In this document: positions 10,117-20,411 of the stretch, piece after piece
Layout: each line of letters begins with the position of its first letter
Position numbering within the stretch: position 1 is the first letter of the stretch
Source: Opitutales bacterium
GTDB lineage: Bacteria > Verrucomicrobiota > Verrucomicrobiia > Opitutales > Coraliomargaritaceae
DNA: 47,294 nucleotides
Assembly (NCBI GenBank): GCA_049598495.1
Contig: JBMYNR010000010.1
Coordinates: 1 to 47,294 of the forward strand
Reading direction: 5' to 3'
Notes under the pieces: model-generated
What the model saw: the letters and a program-made list of their open reading frames with translations, nothing else
What the model was told of the DNA's origin: nothing
The model's database searches: none
Position numbers and translations under genes: made by a program

Positions 10117-10949
10117 TAGAGCGAATACTGATCACGGTTAAGACCTATCCTACGCTCTCTGAAAAGTATTCAGAGCTAGTCTGCACGGCAGGCGTGAACG
10201 AAAAGGGCCAATGGCGACGCATCTACCCTGTAAAATTTCGCCAGCTGCAAGATGCCAGTCAGTATAAGAAGTTCCAATGGGTCGAAGCTGATATCGAAAA
10301 ATCGACTAGCGACAAACGTCCTGAAAGCTACAAGTTAGTGCGTCCTGACTGCCTGCAATTACTCGGAGACCCGATCTCGACGAGTGAGAAGTGGGCTGCA
10401 CGCAAGGATGCTTTCCACAATAAAGTTCCACTGGAGAGGGACATATCCAAGCTAATCGAGAATGCGCACGCAGACGTCTGTTCTCTCGCCCACTACCTGC
10501 CCGAAAACTATCTCAAATTTGTCGTCGAAGAAACGAGCCGAGAATGGAGCTCCGAGAAACTGGCTAAACTCGAAGCTCAGAAGCAACAGATGGATTTGTT
10601 CAAGGATGAGGCCACACTTGAGGAAGAATTCAAAGTGGTTGAGAAGTTACCGTATAAATTCTCGTATCAATTCAGCGATCCGAGTGGCAGAAAGCCAAAA
10701 CTCATGATTGAGGATTGGGAGCTTGGTGCACTCTATTTGAATTGCCTCCGAGATGCAAATGGGGACGAAGCGGTTGCAGTTCAAAAAGTCCGCGAGAAGT
10801 ATTGGGATGAATTTGTGATAAGCGGCAAATACGACCTGAGCTTGATTCTGGGAACCACCTATGAATATCACAACAAACGCGCCCCGAACCCGTATGTTAT
10901 AATCGGGGTCGTTCCAACACCTCGGGACGACCAACTTTCGCTGCTGTGA
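10113..10949 (+). CDS. Uncharacterised protein, translationally coupled to the DUF488 gene
   Basis: 278 aa, ATGA overlap. Motifs ITVKTYP, VCTAG, WRRIYP, DKRPESY, PYKFSYQF, IEDWELGALY. QMDLF (10587-10601) and C-terminal QLSLL (10932-10946). Confidence 0.8.
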   Translation: MIERILITVKTYPTLSEKYSELVCTAGVNEKGQWRRIYPVKFRQLQDASQYKKFQWVEADIEKSTSDKRPESYKLVRPDCLQLLGDPISTSEKWAARKDAFHNKVPLERDISKLIENAHADVCSLAHYLPENYLKFVVEETSREWSSEKLAKLEAQKQQMDLFKDEATLEEEFKVVEKLPYKFSYQFSDPSGRKPKLMIEDWELGALYLNCLRDANGDEAVAVQKVREKYWDEFVISGKYDLSLILGTTYEYHNKRAPNPYVIIGVVPTPRDDQLSLL

Positions 10950-10951
10950 GA

Positions 10952-10977
10952 AGGCACCAAGTATAGGCACCAAGTAT
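10952..10977 (+). repeat. Tandem 13-bp direct repeat AGGCACCAAGTAT x2
   Basis: Exact copies at 10952-10964 and 10965-10977. Confidence 0.85.
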
Positions 10978-11006
10978 GAAGCTTAGCATATTCCCCAAGA
11001 ACCAAA

Positions 11007-11055
11007 CAAGCGCTTCCGTTTCCGGAGAGCGCTTGCCGACCGGGAATTCCCAGTC
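11007..11055. promoter_or_regulatory. Stem-loop plus adjacent palindrome upstream of the helicase gene
   Basis: CAAGCGCT-TCCG-tttc-CGGA-g-AGCGCTTG (11007-11035) and GAC-c-GGGAATTCCC-a-GTC (11038-11055); no U-tract. Confidence 0.4.
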
Positions 11056-11104
11056 CACCCACACTGTTTAACATCTAGTCACTTCCGTCAAGAAACCATC
11101 GCCA

Positions 11105-13030
11105 ATGCCAAACCTCATCGAAGTCAACTACAGCCAGACTGGCCAGAGCACGAACACCGATGCACTCGGCATGCGGGAGATGCAGGCGCGGGTCTATGCG
11201 CAGCGGGATGCACAATATCTACTGGTCAAGGCACCGCCCGCCTCGGGCAAGTCGCGTGCGTTGATGTTTCTCGCACTGGATAAGATCCACGATCAAGGGC
11301 TGTCGAAAGTCATCGTTGCCGTGCCGGAACGCTCCATCGCCTCTTCTTTCGCGCCGACCCATCTCTCGGCCTACGGATTTCCCTACGACTGGGAGCTCGA
11401 CCCGCGCTACAACCTCTGCACCTCGGCCAGTGCCGAAAGCAAACGGCAACAGTTTACAAACTTTCTGCAGAGCGACTCAAGGGTTCTGCTCTGCACCCAC
11501 GCCACGTTACGCGGAGCCTTCAACGAGGTCGAAACGGAGTCGCTGAACGATGTGCTGCTGGCCATCGACGAGTTTCACCACGTTTCAGCCGATTCCGACA
11601 ACCAGCTCGGCGAGGTGCTGCGTGAGGTCATCGCCAAGTCCTCCGCCCATATCGTGGCGATGACAGGATCCTACTTTCGTGGCGACAGCGTGCCCGTGCT
11701 TGCCCCGGAAGACGAAGCGCTCTTCCGCAATGTCACCTACAACTACTACGAGCAGCTCAACGGCTACGAGAATTTGAAGTCGCTCGGCATCGGCTATCAC
11801 TTCTATCAAGGCAAATACCTCTCAGCGATTATGGAAGTGCTGGATACCGACAAGAAGACCATTCTCCACATCCCAAGCCCCAATGCCGGCGAATCGACTA
11901 AAGAAGGAAAATACAACGAAGTCGGAGCCATCCTCGATGCGATAGGAAAAGTGATCTACACCGATCCGGAGACGCGGATTATGACGGTGGAACGTAAGTC
12001 CGATGGCAAGCAGCTCAAAGTGGCCGACTTGGTCTGGGATGTAGCCGACGACCGCGACCGAGCCATCAACTACCTGCGAGACATTCGCAAGCCAGAGGAT
12101 ATGGATTTGATCATCGCGCTCGGCATGGCACAGGAAGGTTTCGACTGGCCCTACTGCGAGCACGCGCTGACCGTGGGCTATCGTGGCTCACTGACTCAAG
12201 TCGTTCAAATCATTGGCCGCTGCACGCGGGACAGCTCAAACAAAACACATGCGCAATTCACCAACCTGATCGCCCAGCCGGATGCAGCCGACGAAGAAGT
12301 CACCACCGCAGTGAATAACATGCTCAAGGCGATTACCTGTTCGCTCTTGATGGAGCAGGTGCTGGCTCCAAGTTTCAGATTTAAGGCGCACGTGGAAGAT
12401 GACGGCACAACACCGAATCCCGGTGAGTTGAAGATAAGGGGACTGAAAGAACCAAGCTCCGAGCGGGTCAAAGGTATCATCGAGGCTGACTTGAACGACC
12501 TAAAGGCCACCATTCTTCAGGATAAATCGATTCAGAAAACGATTGCAGGAGGCGTCGATCCGGAGGTCGTCAACCAAGTGCTGATCCCGAAGATCATTCA
12601 AAAGAAGTATCCCGACCTCGACGAACGCGCTGCCGAGGAGTTACGTCAACATGTGGTCGTGGGTTCGGTGCTCTCTGAAGCCGTGATGGAAGAAAGCGGC
12701 GATCGCCGCATTATTCGTATGGCCAACAAATTTGTGAACATTGATGAGCTGAGTATCGATCTAATCGACTCCATCAATCCCTTCCAGAAGGCCTTTGAAA
12801 TTCTGTCCAAGCAAGTGACCGCACCTGTGCTCAAAGCGATTATGGATTGCATAGAGACAAACCGACTTCAGATGACTGAGGAAGAAGCGCTACTTCTTTG
12901 GCCGAAGATCAAAAGCTACGTAAAGCAGAACGGTTGCGAACCGGCTCTCAACGCTTACGATGGTGAAGTGAAACGGATGGCTGAAGCGCTTCAGTTCCTT
13001 AAGCATCAGCGAAGACAGCAAGGTTTGTAA
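11105..13030 (+). CDS. YeeB-like SF2 (DExH) helicase/ATPase
   Basis: 641 aa. Q motif MREMQ, Walker A APPASGKS, Walker B IDEFHH, motif III MTGS, EGFDWP, motif VI QIIGRCTR. Confidence 0.9.
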   Translation: MPNLIEVNYSQTGQSTNTDALGMREMQARVYAQRDAQYLLVKAPPASGKSRALMFLALDKIHDQGLSKVIVAVPERSIASSFAPTHLSAYGFPYDWELDPRYNLCTSASAESKRQQFTNFLQSDSRVLLCTHATLRGAFNEVETESLNDVLLAIDEFHHVSADSDNQLGEVLREVIAKSSAHIVAMTGSYFRGDSVPVLAPEDEALFRNVTYNYYEQLNGYENLKSLGIGYHFYQGKYLSAIMEVLDTDKKTILHIPSPNAGESTKEGKYNEVGAILDAIGKVIYTDPETRIMTVERKSDGKQLKVADLVWDVADDRDRAINYLRDIRKPEDMDLIIALGMAQEGFDWPYCEHALTVGYRGSLTQVVQIIGRCTRDSSNKTHAQFTNLIAQPDAADEEVTTAVNNMLKAITCSLLMEQVLAPSFRFKAHVEDDGTTPNPGELKIRGLKEPSSERVKGIIEADLNDLKATILQDKSIQKTIAGGVDPEVVNQVLIPKIIQKKYPDLDERAAEELRQHVVVGSVLSEAVMEESGDRRIIRMANKFVNIDELSIDLIDSINPFQKAFEILSKQVTAPVLKAIMDCIETNRLQMTEEEALLLWPKIKSYVKQNGCEPALNAYDGEVKRMAEALQFLKHQRRQQGL

Positions 13031-13031
13031 A

Positions 13032-14192
13032 ATGGATAAGGAGACGCTTCAGAAACTGATCGAAGACGACGACCTGGGCTTGCTCGCGATCAGGACAACT
13101 CAAACCGCATCACAGAGTCCGGAAGAGCGTTTGATCGAAAAATTTTACAAGATCGCTGACTTCTACCGCTTGCATGAACGCGAACCCCGGAAAGACCCGA
13201 ACAACATGCAGGAAGCTCAACTAGCCATGTCGCTGGAGGGTATTCGTAATTCGCATGAGAGCATCGCCACACTTCAGGCACTAGATGAGTTCAAACTACT
13301 AGAGCCTCCTGTCCCGCCTGAGTCTTTAAAAGATGTCCTTGCAGACGATGATTTAGGTTTACTCAACGAAACCGAAGCAGCCGAGAGCATTTTTACACTC
13401 AAACATGTCCCGGAACGGATGGAACTGCCCGACTTTGTGGCACAGCGCGAAAAATGTGAGGACTTTGAAAACTACGAAGGACTATTCAAAAGCTGCCAGA
13501 ACGATCTTAGAAACGGCAAACGCCAACTACTTCAGTTTGCTAATGAGCAGCAGATCGAAGCCGGACAATTTTTCGTACTGAAGGGCATTATGGCCTACGT
13601 TGCAGAAGTGGGCGAAAAAGAAAACAAAGGCGGTAAGGTTAACGCACGCTTGCGCTGTATATTTGAGAATGGAACCGAGTCAGCCATGCTCCTCCGCTCA
13701 CTCTCAAGAGAGCTTTACAAGGATGGCCGTCGTGTGACCGAGCATGAAGACCGTCTAATGGATACAATGCAGGACGTCAGTATTGAGGATCAACAAACGG
13801 GATATATTTATGTTCTGCGCTCCCTTAGCAATCAAAAGGACATCTCCGACAAGCAAGACCTATACAAGATTGGATACAGTTCAGGCTCAGTAGAAGAACG
13901 AATAAAGAACGCAGCGGATGACCCAACTTATCTGATGGCTCCCGTTCGGATCTTAACGACATTTGAATGCTTCAACCTAAACCCGCAAAAACTAGAGCTC
14001 ATACTGCACAAGTTCTTTGCCGAAGCTTGTCTGGAGGTAGATGTCTTCGACAGCACTGGAAAGCGCCACTCACCACGAGAGTGGTTTATTGCCCCACTCC
14101 CAGTTGTCGAAGAAGCGATTCGGCTCACGCTAAGTGGCGAAATCATCGATTATTCTTTCGACAAGGACACGAATTTGATTCGTAGGAAGTGA
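13032..14192 (+). CDS. YeeC-like GIY-YIG (T5orf172/MUG113-type) nuclease-domain protein
   Basis: GYIYVLRS...LYKIGYS...VEERI, LE..LH..F, PREWF; repeated DDDLGLL; starts 1 nt after the helicase stop. Confidence 0.88.
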   Translation: MDKETLQKLIEDDDLGLLAIRTTQTASQSPEERLIEKFYKIADFYRLHEREPRKDPNNMQEAQLAMSLEGIRNSHESIATLQALDEFKLLEPPVPPESLKDVLADDDLGLLNETEAAESIFTLKHVPERMELPDFVAQREKCEDFENYEGLFKSCQNDLRNGKRQLLQFANEQQIEAGQFFVLKGIMAYVAEVGEKENKGGKVNARLRCIFENGTESAMLLRSLSRELYKDGRRVTEHEDRLMDTMQDVSIEDQQTGYIYVLRSLSNQKDISDKQDLYKIGYSSGSVEERIKNAADDPTYLMAPVRILTTFECFNLNPQKLELILHKFFAEACLEVDVFDSTGKRHSPREWFIAPLPVVEEAIRLTLSGEIIDYSFDKDTNLIRRK

Positions 14193-14220
14193 ACGGTCCG
14201 ATTCTCCGGAACAACCTCAA

Positions 14221-14970
14221 CTAGAGCACCCTTCTTAGAAACAGCTCACGATGAATTGTGGTGGCACCGTAGGTCTTGAGCGCGTCGCGGTGCTGTTGGG
14301 TGCCATAGCCTTTATGCTGGGCAAAACCGTATTTCGGATACTGTGCGTCGAGCTCTCGCATTCGCCGGTCGCGAACGACCTTCGCGGCGACACTTGCCAT
14401 AGCAATCGAGAGGGACTTCCCGTCCCCCTTCACCACGCCCTCATGCGCATACGGGAAGGGTTTCAAAGGACGCCCATCGACGAGAATTGATACATCGCAG
14501 GGAGCCTTGCCCTGACGCATTCGCCCATCTGTCTTCTGCGGACGGTTGGGGGCAACCGTCCCTACCTCAAATAGAGGGTCTTCGTAAACCGAAGGTAGTT
14601 TCCAATCGCTTGTTCGATCAGCAATCGTTTCGAGCGCCCGGCGCATGGCCAACCGCGTCGCACCCAAGATATTCAGCTCTCCTATCTCCTCAACCGAGCC
14701 CTCCGATACCGCAAAGTCGATCAAGCCATCGGCCTGCAAGTCCTCGAGAATTGCAAATTGCGCCTCACGGTTTTCTCCCGTGAGTTGTTTCGAGTCATTC
14801 ACCTGCCCGCAGATCTCCATTGCCGTATCCGAATCAAAGAGCCCGACAGATACAACGCAGGCAGCCGCGACCACTGGGCCAGCCAAACACCCCCGCCCTG
14901 CCTCATCCACGCCAATCAGGAACGCGGTCTGCGCCAGCCGATCCCTATCATATGCCTGCAATGCATTCAT
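14221..14970 (-). CDS. rnhB: Ribonuclease HII (with an in-frame REP-derived insert)
   Basis: GVDEAGRGCLAGPV, NDSKQL, NILGAT, LVDG, VKGD, MASVAAKV.RD, HKGYGT. Confidence 0.95.
   Translation of the reverse strand: MNALQAYDRDRLAQTAFLIGVDEAGRGCLAGPVVAAACVVSVGLFDSDTAMEICGQVNDSKQLTGENREAQFAILEDLQADGLIDFAVSEGSVEEIGELNILGATRLAMRRALETIADRTSDWKLPSVYEDPLFEVGTVAPNRPQKTDGRMRQGKAPCDVSILVDGRPLKPFPYAHEGVVKGDGKSLSIAMASVAAKVVRDRRMRELDAQYPKYGFAQHKGYGTQQHRDALKTYGATTIHRELFLRRVL
14497..14565 (-). repeat. GTAG-family REP/REPIN-like element inserted in frame in rnhB
   Basis: Minus strand reads GTAG-GGACGGTTG-cccc-CAACCGTCC-...-TCCCTGC. Perfect 9-bp stem; ends GTAGGGA/TCCCTGC are inverted with 1 mismatch; 69 bp = 23 codons. 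Confidence 0.75.
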
Positions 14971-15083
14971 GCTTCACTCCGCTCGTAGTTTGTGCAGCTG
15001 ATCAAGATACGATCAAAAGCTTGGCAACCCACGAATCCGTCTAGCCTGTCATCAACAGATGCAAGTCGGGCTTGATCAACACC

Positions 15084-15111
15084 AAAAGGCCTCCCCGAAA
15101 ACGAGGAGGCC
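15084..15111 (-). terminator. Rho-independent terminator of katG
   Basis: Minus strand GGCCTCCTCG-tttt-CGGGGAGGCC-TTTT, about 40 nt after the katG stop. Confidence 0.8.
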
Positions 15112-15153
15112 CAGAAAAATAACCGCCTTCTATACGACTGGAAGTTCTATTAG

Positions 15154-17406
<2,253 letters not shown>

Positions 17407-17578
17407 TTATAGTTGCTAGAATGACATTTTATCGAGACTCGGAAATCCCGACCACAAATGTTACGAGTTAGGTAAAGAGCTATCACTTGACAACCCGATA
17501 AGGAGAAAACCAGTTAAGTTTTTGCCCTTAACACCAAGCCCGTGTGTTTACCTGAGCTTCCCTAAGAGAGTCCAAAGA

Positions 17579-18568
17579 CTAGTATTTATACCAACTGGGC
17601 TTCGTCGGCGGTTTCAGGCCTTGAGCCTCGTAGGCCGTCTTAAAGTGCATCTTAGCGAAATCCTTAAGCGCATCCGCCCCCTTCTCTCGGACAATTTTCT
17701 TCGCCTGCTCGAGCACCTTAGCACCTGCGCCCTTGACCAGTTGCTCACCGGCTTCATCCGAAAGACGCTTCATCTCGCGAACATAGACCGCCCGGGCAAC
17801 GATTGAAGCCGCCGCCACGACCGGGTCCGACTCAGCCTTTGTTCTACTGACGAGCTTAAAACCGTCACGGTCTTTTACATATGCATCCACAAGCTTCTGC
17901 TTGGTAAATTGGTCGAGCAGTCCCCAGGGCGCGGAACGTTCATCCAATGCCTGAGCCAGTGACTTCCCGTGATACCACGCAAGCAGCTTATTCAGATTAC
18001 GGTCGAACTTATTGTAGAGATCGTTGTATTTCGGCATGCGAGCGAAAGCCGTCTTGATGACAACGCCCTTCGTCTTCCGAATTTCCTTATCCAACTTAAG
18101 GATACTGCTATCAGTCAGCTTCTTACTATCTGCCACCCCTAGTTCGAGCCATTGTCGAACCATATCGCCATCGGCGACCACGCAGGCGGTCACGAGGGGA
18201 CCAAACAAATCGCCCTTCCCACTCTCGTCGCAACCGGCATGCAGGGTGAACCATTCGGGATTATGTACCTCGTCATAGCCGAGCCGGGGATCACCCGTAA
18301 TCTCCGACTCCAGAATATCCCGAACGAATTCCTCCGTGTTCTTACCCGACACCACCAACTTGCCACTTTGGTAACCCACCACGTTGACCTTGTCTCCCTT
18401 GAAAGCAAAGAGCGAGTAGGCGACGTCATACGGGAACCAAACACCCGAGCTATCCTCTTCCAAACGATCGGCCAGCTTATCCAGCAAGTCATCCTCGAGC
18501 TTGATGGTATACATCGTCTTCTTCTTTGGACCTTCGTCCTCATTTTGCTTGGATTTCTTTTTTGGCAT
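17579..18568 (-). CDS. rnhC: Ribonuclease HIII
   Basis: N-terminal TBP-like domain (YQSGKLVVSG), GCDESGKGDLFGPL, VADSKKL, DQF, KAES..VVAAASIVAR, KGAG, KMHFKT. Start taken at MPKKK. Confidence 0.92.
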   Translation of the reverse strand: MPKKKSKQNEDEGPKKKTMYTIKLEDDLLDKLADRLEEDSSGVWFPYDVAYSLFAFKGDKVNVVGYQSGKLVVSGKNTEEFVRDILESEITGDPRLGYDEVHNPEWFTLHAGCDESGKGDLFGPLVTACVVADGDMVRQWLELGVADSKKLTDSSILKLDKEIRKTKGVVIKTAFARMPKYNDLYNKFDRNLNKLLAWYHGKSLAQALDERSAPWGLLDQFTKQKLVDAYVKDRDGFKLVSRTKAESDPVVAAASIVARAVYVREMKRLSDEAGEQLVKGAGAKVLEQAKKIVREKGADALKDFAKMHFKTAYEAQGLKPPTKPSWYKY

Positions 18569-18735
18569 ATAAGACGTTGAGTGTAGAAAGCATACAATAG
18601 AACGAAGCAAATCAAGCCACGATCTCGGCGAGTTAGTTTTCGCTGCATAATGGACATAGCGCTTCGTCTAGGATCCCACGAAGCGACCGAACTCAAAACT
18701 TGCCATTTACCTTATCCTCAAGACTCTACCCTCCT

Positions 18736-19827
18736 ATGTCTGATAGATATGTCGTTATCATGGCGGGTGGCCGAGGCGAGCGCTTCTGGCCGGAAAGCCG
18801 AAACGCACGCCCCAAGCAGTTATTACCGATAGTCGGGAAAAAAGCCATGCTCGCACAGACCGTGGATCGTCTCAACGGGTTAATCGAACCGAAAGATGTT
18901 TTCGTCATCACCAACGCCGAGCAACGCGCCGCCGTGCTCGAAGTCTGCCCTGAGCTCGATCCGGCCAAAGTGATTGGTGAACCCATGGGCCGCGACACCG
19001 CTGCTGCGGTAGCCCTCGCAACCGTTTTGGTGAGGCGCGAAAATCCCGAGGCCAGTTTCGCCATGCTTCCGGCCGATGCAGTCATTCACGATGCGGAGGG
19101 GCTACGCTCCACGCTGAACAGCGCGTTTGAAGTGGCCGAAGCCAAACCTGTGGTCACCACCATTGGTATCACAGCCAGCTTTCCGGCGACCGGTTACGGC
19201 TACATCCAGCAAGGCGATCCGCTCGGCGAGTATGCGGGACGCGCCGTCTACAAGGTGAAGCGTTTTGTCGAGAAACCGAATCTGGAAACGGCACAAGGCT
19301 ACCTCGATTCCAGAGACTACTTCTGGAATGCGGGCATGTTTATCTGGTCCGTCCCCACCATAGTGGCTGAGTTGAAAAAGAGCACCCCATCGCTCTGGCA
19401 GGCGCTTCAAGCAGTCGATCAGGGCCTGGAAGCAGGACAGTCGATCGACTCGCTTCTCGCCGATCACTACCCGAATCTGGAAAAGATTTCAGTCGACTAC
19501 GCGATCATTGAAAAGGCCGATAACGTGGCCATGATCGAATCCGGCTTCGACTGGGACGACGTTGGTGAATGGCCGGCAGTGGCCCGCCACTACCCCCACA
19601 ATGAAGCCGGTAACGTCGTCCGCGGACAAGCCGAGCTATTAGAGGCCTCGGACAATATCGTTTACTGCCGCGACGAAAATCACCTAGTCGCCCTCCTTGG
19701 CGTAAAGGATTTGATCGTAGTCAAAACCGAAGACGCCACTTTGGTCTGCCATAAAGACAAGGCCCAGGAAATCAAGGAACTGGTGAAACGAATCGGCACC
19801 CAAGAGGCACTGAAGCACCTGATGTAG
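18736..19827 (+). CDS. manC: Mannose-1-phosphate guanylyltransferase (no PMI domain)
   Basis: IMAGGRGERFWP.SR...PKQ, EP.GRDTA, PATGYGYI, FVEKP, WNAGMF, ISVDYAI.EK, WDDVG.W. Confidence 0.92.
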   Translation: MSDRYVVIMAGGRGERFWPESRNARPKQLLPIVGKKAMLAQTVDRLNGLIEPKDVFVITNAEQRAAVLEVCPELDPAKVIGEPMGRDTAAAVALATVLVRRENPEASFAMLPADAVIHDAEGLRSTLNSAFEVAEAKPVVTTIGITASFPATGYGYIQQGDPLGEYAGRAVYKVKRFVEKPNLETAQGYLDSRDYFWNAGMFIWSVPTIVAELKKSTPSLWQALQAVDQGLEAGQSIDSLLADHYPNLEKISVDYAIIEKADNVAMIESGFDWDDVGEWPAVARHYPHNEAGNVVRGQAELLEASDNIVYCRDENHLVALLGVKDLIVVKTEDATLVCHKDKAQEIKELVKRIGTQEALKHLM

Positions 19828-19869
19828 TCTCGGATCGCGCTTCCAAAATCCCGTATCCCGCATCCCAAA
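19828..19869 (+). repeat. Degenerate heptamer tandem array filling the manC-ruvX spacer
   Basis: TCTCGGA TCGCGCT TCCAAAA TCCCGTA TCCCGCA TCCCAAA. Confidence 0.6.
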
Positions 19870-19870
19870 A

Positions 19871-20287
19871 ATGAACTACCTTGGCATCGATTGGGGCGAG
19901 AAGCGTATTGGTCTGGCCTACGCGGATGAGATCGGAATCGCGATGCCCCTACCCGCCGCCGTGGCCGCCTCTAAAAAAGAGCGAATGCGGCACATCGACA
20001 GCATGATCCGAGAGCGCCGTATTGATACCCTCGTGGTAGGCTATCCGCTCAATATGGATGGATCCATCGGCTTCAAGGCGCGAGAAGTCGATGCATTTAT
20101 CACCGAACTGGAGAAGCGATTTACGCTACCGGTCCACCGTATCGACGAGCGCCTTTCCAGCCATTCGGTCGAGCAAGGACTCAGGGGACAAAAAAGGAAG
20201 CCCAGCCGTAAAAGCGGCGAGATCGACTCACGGGCCGCCGCCCTGATTCTGCAGGATTTCATCGAAGAGAGGAACTTGAATTCCTGA
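19871..20287 (+). CDS. ruvX: YqgF/RuvX pre-16S rRNA nuclease (Holliday junction resolvase-like)
   Basis: LGIDWGEKRIGLA, VVGYPLNMDG, DERLSS, ID..AAALILQ. Confidence 0.93.
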   Translation: MNYLGIDWGEKRIGLAYADEIGIAMPLPAAVAASKKERMRHIDSMIRERRIDTLVVGYPLNMDGSIGFKAREVDAFITELEKRFTLPVHRIDERLSSHSVEQGLRGQKRKPSRKSGEIDSRAAALILQDFIEERNLNS

Positions 20288-20335
20288 CTTGACCCGTCAC
20301 CCAGAGTATAGACATCTTCCCATCCTCCTACAATT

Positions 20336-20410
<75 letters not shown>

Positions 20411-20411
20411 G

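Noticed and set aside
7386..11104. Cargo genes as integron cassettes
   Set aside because: Genes overlap or sit 3-67 bp apart, with no recurring attC-like (RYYYAAC...GTTRRRY) structure and no intI
4597..14220. Island as an integrative element or prophage with att sites
   Set aside because: No integrase, transposase or phage gene, and I found no direct repeat shared by the two borders (4597-4722 and 14193-14220)
20284..20320. Sigma70 promoter for tRNA-Gly
   Set aside because: TTGACC is present at 20289-20294, but there is no convincing -10 at 16-18 bp spacing, so it cannot be placed confidently
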